A stretch of DNA of 63,495 nucleotides, counting the filler. It is 4 parts of 4 records of this genome, joined end to end, with 100 filler letters (N's around TTAATTAATTAA, not from the genome) between each part and the next. Parts side by side here need not be neighbours in the genome. Positions count along the whole stretch, not along the records: positions 47,388 to 63,495 come from SRR31156797_8833; 3 more parts are not named here. One strand, given 5' to 3'. The notes under the pieces were generated by a model. It was not told the origin of the DNA and searched no databases. It worked only from the letters and a program-made list of their open reading frames with translations. Shown in pieces: positions 51,919 through 61,066 of the stretch (position 1 is the first letter of the stretch; each line of letters begins with the position of its first letter). The position numbers and the translations under genes were made by a program.

Positions 51919-52195
51919 AAGTGAATTGTGGGTTGCTAAGGTCCGGGGCTATTGCGATAGGCCTTGGGGGTTGTTTCACAACCTGCACGGGGGAGACCGG
52001 CAATTTGTTGATGCCGAAGGGCAAAATTCAACTGCTCGGTTTGAACGGGCCGCCGATCGTAATCGGCGGTGCGAAACTCCTACGATCATCCTGGAACAGA
52101 TTGTTGTGCGTTCCTTGAGGTTTGCATCACTGCGTCGATCGGTATCGGCCGCAGCCAATCGTTTCGTTCGATTTTGCAAAGGGAGACAAATCGCT

Positions 52196-53197
52196 ATGAA
52201 AAAAGTTCTTCTGACGACAGCCGCCTTGGCTCTCGGTGCCGTTGCTTTGGCAACCGGCCCGCAGAGCGCCCAGGCAGCGGGTAAAACATTCATCGCGATC
52301 GGCACCGGTGGGCCGACCGGCGTCTACTTCGTAACCGGCAATGCGATTTGCCGCATGGTCCACAAGGCTGCTGCCGAAGGCAGGTCGTCGGGCCGCAAGC
52401 ACGGTATCCGTTGTTCGGCGCCGTCGACCGGCGGATCGGCCTACAACATCGGCCAGATTGCCGAGGGCGAGCTTGACTTCGGTGTTGCCCAGTCCGACGT
52501 GCAGTATTTCGCCGTAAAAGGCCAGGCGGCTTTCGATGGGCGCCCGGTTGAGAAGCTGAGATCCGTTTTTTCGGTTCATCCCGAACCGATCCAGATCGTT
52601 GTCGGCGAAGGTGTCGACATCAACGGTTGGGAAGATCTCAAGGGCAAGAAGGTCAATATCGGCAATCCCGGTTCCGGCCAGCGCGCTTTGTTCAATGACC
52701 TGATGAAGCGTTCGGGTTGGACCCTCGACGATTTTGCCCTGGCCAGCGAACTGACCTCGACCGAACAGTCGAAGGCCCTTTGTGACGGCAAGATCGACGC
52801 CTACTTCTACACGGTTGGTGTGCCAAACGCCGGCGTCGCCGTTGCTACCGACGGCTGTGGTGCCAAGATTGCTCCGTTCGACAGCGCCTTCGCAGAAGAG
52901 ATGGTTAGCGCCGAACGGCCCTACTATTCCTTCGCGACGATAAAAAAGGGCACCTACAAAACGACTACCGAGGACGTCAAAACCTGGGGCGTCAAGGCCA
53001 CTTTCGTGACCAGCTCAGACGTAAGCGAAGACGTCGTGTATGAAATCGTACGCGCCGTGTTTGAGAACATTGACGACTTCCGCGCTCTTCACGCGGCGTT
53101 TAAAAATCTCACGCCCGAAGAGATGGTGAAAACCGGCTTGTCGGCACCGATGCATCCGGGAGCCATTCTTTACTACAAGGAAAAAGGCTGGATGTAA
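52196..53197 (+). CDS. TAXI-family TRAP transporter solute-binding protein
   Basis: GGGAGA RBS before ATG 52196, signal peptide, IGTGGPTGVYF, STGGS..N, GVAQSD, GNPGSGQ, ALCDGKIDA, PMHPGA..YY.E.G. Confidence 0.95.
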   Translation: MKKVLLTTAALALGAVALATGPQSAQAAGKTFIAIGTGGPTGVYFVTGNAICRMVHKAAAEGRSSGRKHGIRCSAPSTGGSAYNIGQIAEGELDFGVAQSDVQYFAVKGQAAFDGRPVEKLRSVFSVHPEPIQIVVGEGVDINGWEDLKGKKVNIGNPGSGQRALFNDLMKRSGWTLDDFALASELTSTEQSKALCDGKIDAYFYTVGVPNAGVAVATDGCGAKIAPFDSAFAEEMVSAERPYYSFATIKKGTYKTTTEDVKTWGVKATFVTSSDVSEDVVYEIVRAVFENIDDFRALHAAFKNLTPEEMVKTGLSAPMHPGAILYYKEKGWM

Positions 53198-53278
53198 TCG
53201 GCTGATCCATTGGGTGGCCGGCGCTTTCGTGGGGACGGGGGCGCCGGCGCCTTTTATTCGATTTGAGGGGGTGGGCGT

Positions 53279-55690
53279 ATGGCTGAGGCTTCGCGGAACG
53301 GGGTCGTTCAGACCTCGGATAATGCTGAAGAAATATTGGCGGATATCGAATACACGGGGCGAAAGCACAGTTCCCGCGCCACCCTGATTATCGGGTTGAT
53401 TGCCGCCACCTGGTCATTGTTCCAATTGTGGATCGCTTCCCCTATCCCATTTTTGATTAATTTCGGAATCGTCGACGGTCCACCGGCGCGCGGAATCCAC
53501 CTCGCTTTCGGGTTGATGCTGGTCTACTTGGTTTTTCCACGATCGCGCAAAAGCGCTTTGAAGAAAATACCGGTTATCGACTTGGTCTTTTCTCTCGTCG
53601 GCGCCTACTGCGCGGCCTACATTTTTCTCGATTGGAACGGTATCTCAACGCGGGCTGGGTTACTCAAATCCATCGACCTTCCGTTGATCGGCACGATTCC
53701 GTTTGAAGTAATCCTCGGTTGGTGCGGCATCCTGCTTTTGCTTGAAGCGACACGGCGCAGCATTGGCTGGCCGTTGGTTTGCGTCGCCTCGGTTTTCATT
53801 GTTTATTCGATTTTCGGGCAGTCCATGCCCGACCTGATCTCGCATCGTGGCGTATCGATGGCCCGATTGGCCGGATACCATTGGTTGACGGGGGAAGCCA
53901 TATTCGGCATCCCCATCGACGTGACGACGAGTTTCGTTTTCCTGTTCGTGCTTTTCGGGGCAATCCTCGATAAGGCGGGGGCTGGCAAGTACTTCCTGGA
54001 TCTGGCCTTTGCCATGGTCGGTCGGTTCCGAGGCGGCCCCGCCAAGGCGTCGATCCTGGCTTCGGGCATGACCGGTCTGATATCGGGTTCGTCGATTGCC
54101 AACACGGTAACGACTGGAACCTTCACGATTCCGGTGATGAAACGGATCGGCATACCGGCGGTGAAAGCCGGCGCCATCGAAGTCGCGGCATCGGTGAACG
54201 GGCAGATCATGCCGCCGATCATGGGGGCGGCCGCCTTCATCATCGCCGAATTGGTCGGCATCACTTATTTCGACGTCATCGTTGCCGCCTTCATCCCGGC
54301 AATCATCTGCTATATCGCGCTTTTGTACATCTCACATCTCGAGGCGCTGAAACTTGGTCTTCGCAGCCTGCCGAAGGAGGAAATTCCGCCGTTCTGGCCG
54401 ACGTTCGTCAAAGGCGTCCATTTCCTGATCCCGATTTTCGTACTGGTCTACCTGTTGATGGTAGAGCGCTGGTCGCCGAGCGCTTCGGTCTTTTACGCAA
54501 TCATGTTGATGTTCGCGATCATCGTTGTCCAAAAAGTGTTCCATGCCCTACGCACGGGTGAGCAGGAAACCGGTGCGGCCTTCATGGAGGCCCTTCACGA
54601 CATCTATGCCGGAATGGTCGGCGGGGCCCGCAATATGATCACCATCGCCATCGCCGTGGCTGCGGCCGGCATTATCGTCGGTTCGGTCAGTTCAACCGGG
54701 CTGAACAATGCGCTGATCGGCGTCGTCGAGGCAATCTCGGGCGGCAACGTCTTCGTCCTGCTGGCCATGACATCGGTGCTGTGCATCCTGCTCGGCATGG
54801 GCCTGCCGACGACGGCAAACTATCTGGTCGTCGCATCGCTGTTGGCCGGGGTCGTGGTTGAATTGGGAACAGCGGCGGGGCTGGTTCTGCCGCTGATCGC
54901 GGTTCACCTGTATGTCTTCTATTTTGGCTTGATGGCGGATGTGACGCCGCCGGTTGCGCTGGCGGCATTCGCGGCCTCGGCAATATCGCGGGCCGATCCC
55001 ATCAAGACCGGATTCCAGGCCTTTTTCTACGAGATCCGAACCGCCATCCTGCCGGTTGTCTTCATCTTCAACACGGAACTTCTGCTGATCGGGGTGGAGA
55101 GCTTCTGGCACGGACTGATGGTGTTCGCGGTATCGCTGATCGCCATTCTTTGCTTCAGTTCGGTGACGCAGAATTACATGCTGGTCCGCAACAAGTGGTA
55201 CGAAGGTGTTCTTCTTGCCGTCGTCGTCGTCGGCATGTTCCGTCCAGATGTGATCATGGACAGGTTCTATCCGGCCTTCGTATCGCTCGATGTCGAAAAA
55301 TTCGTCACCAACGAAGTTTCGGGAACGCCGGGATATGACATCCGGTTCCATATCGTTCGCGAAACCGAATACGGCGATCGCTTCAAACTTTATCGAATGC
55401 CGACGCCGGATATGGGGGCCAGTCCCGATTACGGCCTTTATGGTTTGACGTTGGTTCCGGAAGACGGCCGCTATCTGGTCGAAGATGTGGTGCGGGGCGG
55501 CATCGCCGGAACGACCGGCGTCGAAGTCGGAGACTATGTGACGGAAGTCTCCGTCGAACAGGGCGGGCGGCCACCGAAGGAGTTCGTCTATCCCTTCATG
55601 CTGGCCGTTCTGGGGCTGGTGATTCTACTGCAATTTCCACGCCTCAAGCGCAGGCGGGCCGAGGACGCGGCAGTACAGGCGCAAGGGTAG
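53279..55690 (+). CDS. TRAP transporter fused 4TM/12TM permease with C-terminal extension
   Basis: LLLEATRR, GIPI, GGPAKA, GSSIANTVTTG, GQIMPPIMGAAAF, LGMGLPTT, ADVTPPV. Confidence 0.95.
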   Translation: MAEASRNGVVQTSDNAEEILADIEYTGRKHSSRATLIIGLIAATWSLFQLWIASPIPFLINFGIVDGPPARGIHLAFGLMLVYLVFPRSRKSALKKIPVIDLVFSLVGAYCAAYIFLDWNGISTRAGLLKSIDLPLIGTIPFEVILGWCGILLLLEATRRSIGWPLVCVASVFIVYSIFGQSMPDLISHRGVSMARLAGYHWLTGEAIFGIPIDVTTSFVFLFVLFGAILDKAGAGKYFLDLAFAMVGRFRGGPAKASILASGMTGLISGSSIANTVTTGTFTIPVMKRIGIPAVKAGAIEVAASVNGQIMPPIMGAAAFIIAELVGITYFDVIVAAFIPAIICYIALLYISHLEALKLGLRSLPKEEIPPFWPTFVKGVHFLIPIFVLVYLLMVERWSPSASVFYAIMLMFAIIVVQKVFHALRTGEQETGAAFMEALHDIYAGMVGGARNMITIAIAVAAAGIIVGSVSSTGLNNALIGVVEAISGGNVFVLLAMTSVLCILLGMGLPTTANYLVVASLLAGVVVELGTAAGLVLPLIAVHLYVFYFGLMADVTPPVALAAFAASAISRADPIKTGFQAFFYEIRTAILPVVFIFNTELLLIGVESFWHGLMVFAVSLIAILCFSSVTQNYMLVRNKWYEGVLLAVVVVGMFRPDVIMDRFYPAFVSLDVEKFVTNEVSGTPGYDIRFHIVRETEYGDRFKLYRMPTPDMGASPDYGLYGLTLVPEDGRYLVEDVVRGGIAGTTGVEVGDYVTEVSVEQGGRPPKEFVYPFMLAVLGLVILLQFPRLKRRRAEDAAVQAQG

Positions 55691-55695
55691 GAGGA

Positions 55696-56133
55696 ATGGC
55701 CATGTTCAAACATATTCTGCTGCCGATCGACATGGATACCGAGCCTTCCTGGAGAAAGGCTTTGCCCATTGCGGTCCAGAACTGCAAGGCGTTCGGTGCC
55801 ACATTGCACCTTATAACCGTGGTGCCGGATGTCGGCAGCCACGCCGCCGTCGCGCAGTTCTTTCCGGACGATTACGAGGACAGGATTCTGTCCCAGGTCC
55901 GCGATGAACTTCACGCTTTTTCCAAGGCCAATGTCCCTGACGGCGTGAAGGTGCAGCACATCATCGCCCATGGGTCGATCTACAAGGAAATCCTCGATGC
56001 CGCCGAAAACGTCAAGGCCGACCTGATCGTCATGGCCGCCTACCGGCCCGAACTGGAGGACTATCTTTTGGGTCCGAACGCGGCGCGGGTCGTGCGCCAT
56101 GCCGAATGTTCGGTCTTGGTGGTCCGCGAATGA
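55696..56133 (+). CDS. Universal stress protein (UspF/G-like)
   Basis: FKHILLPID, GSIYKEIL, ADLIVMA, LLGPNAARVVRHA.CSVLVVR. Confidence 0.95.
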   Translation: MAMFKHILLPIDMDTEPSWRKALPIAVQNCKAFGATLHLITVVPDVGSHAAVAQFFPDDYEDRILSQVRDELHAFSKANVPDGVKVQHIIAHGSIYKEILDAAENVKADLIVMAAYRPELEDYLLGPNAARVVRHAECSVLVVRE

Positions 56134-56159
56134 CCCGGGCGGCAACCGGATAACATAAA

Positions 56160-56190
56160 TAACGCCCCGGCCGATTTGACCGGGGCGTTT
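56160..56190. terminator. Bidirectional terminator
   Basis: AACGCCCCGG...CCGGGGCGTTT between convergent usp and cytochrome c. Confidence 0.8.
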
Positions 56191-56211
56191 TGATTTCGGG
56201 GTTCTGCGCTT

Positions 56212-56619
56212 CTATTTGATCGTCGCGATGAAGGCGGTTACGTCCTGGCGTTCGTTTTCCTTCTTCAGCTTGAAGACCATCTTCGACTTGGCTTTTTTGT
56301 TGTCGGTGACCTTGCGCATGAACTTTTTCGGATCGGCTAGATATTCAACGATCTTGTCTTCGGTCCAGGACAAGCCGCCTTCGCCGGCCGAAACGTAGCT
56401 TTTCGAATATTTAAACTTGGGAACGGTGCCGGCCTGCCGTCCAACCACGCCGAACAGCGATGGGCCGACCTTGTTCTTTCCGGCTTCGACGGTGTGGCAG
56501 GCTTTGCAGCGTTTATTGTAGATTGCCTCGCCATTGGCGGCATCCGCAGCCAAGGCCACACCGCCACCGAGTGCAACGGTTACGGCGGCGGCGGCGCTTA
56601 CCAAGATTTTTTTCAACAT
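56212..56619 (-). CDS. Cytochrome c2 / class I cytochrome c
   Basis: Signal peptide, CKACH heme motif, KVGPSLFGVVGR.AG, FKYS, SKM axial Met; GGAAAGG RBS before ATG 56619. Confidence 0.95.
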   Translation of the reverse strand: MLKKILVSAAAAVTVALGGGVALAADAANGEAIYNKRCKACHTVEAGKNKVGPSLFGVVGRQAGTVPKFKYSKSYVSAGEGGLSWTEDKIVEYLADPKKFMRKVTDNKKAKSKMVFKLKKENERQDVTAFIATIK

Positions 56620-56937
56620 TTTCGACCTTTCCAAATCATAAAACTGGCAACAACACGACCTCCCGGCCCTAACACCGGGGAACTTACCACGGGCCCCGAT
56701 TGCCGGTCGACCCTCAGGTGGTGACCGAAATCGTATGCCGCTTGGAATATTCCGGGATTTACCGGCGACCGATGCTGTGCATTTGGGGTCCGGGATCGCG
56801 ACCGTCCAGACCGTTTTTTTGGATAGGTTCTAGTCGGCACCATTAAAATTCTATTATGATAACGATCTGCGGTTTGAGTTTTGGGGGCGAGGGCTTTCCC
56901 GCAGGACCGTGGCAAGAACAAAGAACTGGGTTTGGTT

Positions 56938-58071
56938 ATGGTGAAAAAAGTACTGTCTCAGTCAGACGTGATGGGCCTTCTTGAGGATCCGTCGGAAGAG
57001 AAGCGGGTGGAAACCGCGACAAAAATCGCGACCGAATTCGATCGCGGATCATTGAGCGACGGCGAGAAAGAACTGGCCGGACAGATTTTTCGCATCATGG
57101 TCCGGGACGCCGAGGTGCGCGTTCGCGAAGCCCTGGCCAACAATCTGAAATCGAATCCGCTTGTTCCGCACGATATCGCCGTAACCCTGGCGAAGGACGT
57201 GCATTCGGTGGCGCTGCCGATTCTGGAATCGTCCGATGTGCTGACCGATGAGGATCTGGTCAATATCGTCAATCTTAACGATCCGACCAAACAGGTTGCC
57301 ATTGCCGGCCGGCCGACCGTATCGGAAACCGTTTCCGACGCCATCGTCGAAACCAAGAACGAGCAGGTCGTTTCTCGGCTGGTTTCCAATCCGGGTGCCG
57401 AGATATCCGAAGGTTCGTTGGGCAAGGTGGTCGAATCGCTGGGCGACAGTGCGTCAATTCAGGAAGCGATGAGCGGCCGGGCCCGCCTGCCGGTGACGAT
57501 TGCCGAGCGGCTGGTTACCATGGTCTCCGAAAAACTTCGTGCCAAGATGGCCGAACGGACCGAACTTCCGGCCGATGCCCTGACCGATCTCGTCATGCAG
57601 ATCAGGGAACGCGCCGTGCTGTCGATTTCGGTCGAAAGCGAAGCCGGAGACCTCTTGCAATTGGTCCGTCAATTGAAGGCGAACGGCCGTTTGACGCCGT
57701 CGATATTGCTTCGTGCCCTTTGCATGGGCGATACCAACTTTTTCCAGGCCGGCATGGCCGAACTGGCCCAGGTGCCGACGGAGAATGCACGCGAACTCAT
57801 CGACGACAGCGGCGATCTCGGACTTCGCGCCGTCTTCAGCAAGGCTGGCTTGCCGTCGAGCTTCTTTCCCGCCGTCAGGGCCGCCATCGATGTTGCCAAG
57901 GAAACCGAATATGACGGCGGGGAGCACGATCTCGAACGATATTCGCGGCGCATGATCGAACGCATTCTGACGCAATACGGCGACCTTGGCGTCGAATTCG
58001 AGGCCGACGACCTCGAATATCTTCTAACCAAGATGAATTCGTTGCCGATCGAAACGTCGGAAGGTGCTTAG
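56938..58071 (+). CDS. DUF2336 domain protein
   Basis: DAEVRVREALA, LAKDV..VALPIL..S.VLTDEDL, AIAGR..VS..V, LV.NPGA, LTPSILLRALCMGD. Confidence 0.88.
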   Translation: MVKKVLSQSDVMGLLEDPSEEKRVETATKIATEFDRGSLSDGEKELAGQIFRIMVRDAEVRVREALANNLKSNPLVPHDIAVTLAKDVHSVALPILESSDVLTDEDLVNIVNLNDPTKQVAIAGRPTVSETVSDAIVETKNEQVVSRLVSNPGAEISEGSLGKVVESLGDSASIQEAMSGRARLPVTIAERLVTMVSEKLRAKMAERTELPADALTDLVMQIRERAVLSISVESEAGDLLQLVRQLKANGRLTPSILLRALCMGDTNFFQAGMAELAQVPTENARELIDDSGDLGLRAVFSKAGLPSSFFPAVRAAIDVAKETEYDGGEHDLERYSRRMIERILTQYGDLGVEFEADDLEYLLTKMNSLPIETSEGA

Positions 58072-58109
58072 GACGGTCCCCCGCCGGAAAGCAGGCGGAT
58101 AGGCGGGTT

Positions 58110-59252
58110 TCAGGGCTGGGGATGTCCAAGTTCCTGCCAGATCGCATAGTCCTGGCGAAAAGCCTTCAGGGCTCTCCAGACGCGCTTGAAATCTTCGTCC
58201 GCTTCCGATTGTTCGACAGCCACCTGTTGCCAGGCGGCTTCCAATGCATCGACGATTTCGCGCGGCCAGCGATGAATCTCGACTCCTTCCGAGAACAGAG
58301 TCTTTAACGCCTTGAACTGCGTCGCTTCGCCCTCGGCGAGGCTGTATCGGATATTATCGCCGCAAACGGTCTCGATCCGTGCTTTCTCAGTCGTCGAAAG
58401 GCTTTCCCATTTTTCCCGGTTGATCATCAGCTCGAACAGGGTCGAGGGCTGATGCCAGCCCGGAAAATAGTAATGCTTGGCCATCTCGTGCAGGCCGAGC
58501 TGAAGGTCGATCGCCGGCATCGAGAATTCGGCGGCATCGAGGGCCCCGGATTCCAGCGCCGGAAATATTTCGCCTTCGGTCAGGGAACGGGGCTCCGCAC
58601 CCAGTTTTTCAAGAACGTCGGCGCCAAGGCCGAAAAACCGGACCTTCAGCCCGCGCAGATCCTCGACCGTCAGGATCTGCTCACGGAACCAGCCGGAAGC
58701 CTCCGGCGAAAGCATCCCGCAAAAGATGCTGTGAATGTTGTTTTTGTGATAGATCTCGCGAAACAGTTCCTGGCCGCCGCCGAAATAGATCCAGGCCAGA
58801 TACTCGGACGCGGCCGGCCCAAAGGGTACCGCAGCGAACAGTTGCAGGGCCGGCACCTTTTCCTTCCAGAATCCGGGCGATGCGAAGGCTGCGTCGATGG
58901 CGCCGGAGGCGACGGCGTCGAACATTTCGTTGGCCGGAACCAGGGTGCCCGGTTCGTGGAAGCGGATTTCCATCTCGCCGCCGGATATTCGCCAGATTTC
59001 CGATTCGATTCTTTTGGCTAGGGCGCCGATCTGGGGAAGGTCGCCGCCGTAGGCGCTGGCCATGCGCATGGTGTTTTTTGGACCGGCACTGGCCGCCACC
59101 GGTTCGGCTTCCGGCGGCTTCGGCGACAGCCGCTCGACCGGTTCGCCCGATTCGGCAACCGCCAGCGCATCCAGCCGCGGGGCCAGCAACGTGGCGCCAA
59201 CGACGACACCGATAACCGTGCCGATAACGATGCCGATGATCGCATTCCGCAT
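58110..59252 (-). CDS. TRAP DctP/TakP-like solute-binding protein with N-terminal TM helix
   Basis: SGGEMEI.FHEPG, AVPFG, EASGWF, GLKVRFFGLG, IFPALE.G.LDA.EFS.P..D, YYFPGWHQP; no dctQM nearby. Confidence 0.88.
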   Translation of the reverse strand: MRNAIIGIVIGTVIGVVVGATLLAPRLDALAVAESGEPVERLSPKPPEAEPVAASAGPKNTMRMASAYGGDLPQIGALAKRIESEIWRISGGEMEIRFHEPGTLVPANEMFDAVASGAIDAAFASPGFWKEKVPALQLFAAVPFGPAASEYLAWIYFGGGQELFREIYHKNNIHSIFCGMLSPEASGWFREQILTVEDLRGLKVRFFGLGADVLEKLGAEPRSLTEGEIFPALESGALDAAEFSMPAIDLQLGLHEMAKHYYFPGWHQPSTLFELMINREKWESLSTTEKARIETVCGDNIRYSLAEGEATQFKALKTLFSEGVEIHRWPREIVDALEAAWQQVAVEQSEADEDFKRVWRALKAFRQDYAIWQELGHPQP

Positions 59253-59390
59253 GCGGCGCCTCCCTCGAATTGACGGACATTTCAACCGGCTCGCTCCTCG
59301 CGAACCGCGACCCGCCTTCCCTGGTACCGATCCCCGTCGAAACGATTATCCGGTCATTGCCGTTTTCTTATTATTGGAAGACTGACAAGA

Positions 59391-59414
59391 AACCCCCCTT
59401 GGAGGCAAGGGGGG
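59391..59414 (-). terminator. Terminator after tRNA-Pro
   Basis: CCCCCCTT-GGAGGC-AAGGGGGG stem preceded by AAA on the plus strand. Confidence 0.7.
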
Positions 59415-59416
59415 AA

Positions 59417-59493
59417 TGGTCGGGGCGACTGGATTCGAACCAGCGACTTCTACCTCCCGAAGATAGCGCTCTACCAGGCTGAGCTACGCCCCG
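59417..59493 (-). tRNA. tRNA-Pro(CGG)
   Basis: Reverse complement CGGGGCGTAGCTCAGCCTGGTAGAGCG-CTATC-TTCGGGA-GGTAG-AAGTCGCTGGTTCGAATCCAGTCGCCCCGACCA; 77 nt, encoded CCA. Confidence 0.97.
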
Positions 59494-59655
59494 ACTTGAT
59501 GCGGCTGGGGTTATAGCGCCCCCGGGGGCCGACGGCAAGAACCGTCTGTTCGATCCTGCCCGATCCGGGAATTCGGGGAATTCGGGTGGCCGGGTCGACG
59601 TTGCCGGCGAATCGCCGCATTGATTTTCCGGAAATCGATTGCGATTCGGCTTCGA

Positions 59656-60672
59656 TCAGTGAACGCGCTGAATACAGAAATCGATCAGGTCGATAAGCGC
59701 CTTCTTTTCGTCGCAATCGGCGAAGAGGCCAAGGGCGTCACGGGCAATGGCGCCGTAGTGGCGGGCTCTGGCGACGGTATCGTCGAGCGAGTCGTAACGC
59801 TGCATCAGATCGATGGCTTTTTCCAAGTCGCCTTCCTGCTGATCAAGGCTTTCCAGTGTGCGCTGCCAGAAGGCACGCTCGCCTTCGCTGCCGCGACGGA
59901 AGGCCAGGACCACCGGCAAGGTGATCTTTCCTTCCCGGAAATCGTCGCCGATGGTTTTGCCGAGTGTCGCCTGACGGGCCGAATAGTCGAGAACGTCGTC
60001 GATCAGCTGAAAGGCGATGCCGACGTTCATGCCGTAGGATTCGAGCGCATCCTGCTCGACCTTCGGTCGATCCGTAACGACTGCGCCGATCTTGCAGGCG
60101 GCAGCGAACAATTGGGCCGTCTTCGCCTTGATCACGTCCATATAGGCGGTTTCGCCGGTTTCCGTGTCGTTGGCGGTCATCAATTGGGCGACCTCGCCTT
60201 CGGCGATAACGGACGAAGCGTTGGACAGAATGCCGAGCACTTCCAGCGAGCCGTCCTCGACCATCAGTTCGAAAGAGCGCGCAAACAGGAAATCGCCGAC
60301 CAGAACGCTGGTCTTGTTGCCCCAGACCGCATTGGCCGAGGCCAATCCCCGTCGCAACTCGCTGTGATCGACGACATCGTCATGAAGCAGGGTGGCGGTG
60401 TGGATGAATTCGACACAGGTTGCCAACGAAATATGGCGCCGGCCCCTGTAGCCGCACATGCGCGACGCCGCCAGCGTCAGCATCGGCCGCAGCCTTTTGC
60501 CGCCGGCGGCGACGATGTGGCCGGCCAATTGCGGGATCAGGGCAACCGGGCTTTGCATGCGTTGAACGATCAGCTCGTTCACCGCTTTCAAGTCGTTGGC
60601 GACCAATTCGGTCAGGAAATCCAGCGACGGGCGCTTTTCCCTTTCGCCATTCAGTTCGACAACGACACCCAA
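59656..60672 (-). CDS. ispB: Polyprenyl (octa/decaprenyl) diphosphate synthase
   Basis: GGKRLRP, HTATLLHDDVVD (FARM), RRG, LVGDFL, KTA, FQLIDDVLD (SARM); GGAGG RBS before TTG 60672. Confidence 0.95.
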   Translation of the reverse strand: MGVVVELNGEREKRPSLDFLTELVANDLKAVNELIVQRMQSPVALIPQLAGHIVAAGGKRLRPMLTLAASRMCGYRGRRHISLATCVEFIHTATLLHDDVVDHSELRRGLASANAVWGNKTSVLVGDFLFARSFELMVEDGSLEVLGILSNASSVIAEGEVAQLMTANDTETGETAYMDVIKAKTAQLFAAACKIGAVVTDRPKVEQDALESYGMNVGIAFQLIDDVLDYSARQATLGKTIGDDFREGKITLPVVLAFRRGSEGERAFWQRTLESLDQQEGDLEKAIDLMQRYDSLDDTVARARHYGAIARDALGLFADCDEKKALIDLIDFCIQRVH

Positions 60673-60840
60673 ACCCCGACCTCCCGCGCAACTTGACATT
60701 TCGAACGCACACAGGAGCATATGTACCCGTTGGCCGCCGGGTCAAGTCCGGCACGTCTTTTGAAGTCGGGGCTTTTTCGGCATCAGAGGCCGATTGGGCT
60801 TCTGCCGGCGGACCGCGAATCGGGAAAGGGAAGGCATCGC

Positions 60841-61065
60841 GTGCGGGAACTTGTTCGAACCAACGATCCGGTATTTCTGTCCTGGTTGCTCTCGGCCCTG
60901 CGGGACGCCGGAATCGAGCCTCTCGTCTTCGATACGCACACGGCCATCCTTGAAGGAAGCGTCAACGCCATACAAAGGCGTGTCATGGTCGGCGACGACG
61001 AGTATTTCCCGGCCAGTCGCATCGTCGCCCTGGCCGAGGACGGTGCGTCCGAAGGAGACGACTGA
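60841..61065 (+). CDS. DUF2007 domain protein
   Basis: RELVRTNDPV.LS...L..AGI...VFD.HT.ILEGS..AI.RRVMV; GTG start after GGAAGG. Confidence 0.85.
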   Translation: MRELVRTNDPVFLSWLLSALRDAGIEPLVFDTHTAILEGSVNAIQRRVMVGDDEYFPASRIVALAEDGASEGDD

Positions 61066-61066
61066 G

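Noticed and set aside
51991..52085. Calling a canonical glycine riboswitch
   Set aside because: Only a partial motif match, lacking CUCUCAGG and a clear P1; kept only as an unclassified leader candidate
51926..52195. 90-aa N-terminal extension of the TAXI binding protein in the ORF track
   Set aside because: The RBS and signal peptide point to ATG 52196; the upstream stretch is better read as untranslated leader
59417..59493. tRNA-Pro as a prophage or island integration site
   Set aside because: No integrase, no duplicated tRNA 3' end and no compositional shift in the flanks
42539..61065. Two DUF2007 genes in one window suggesting a linked system
   Set aside because: They lie on different contigs from different phyla
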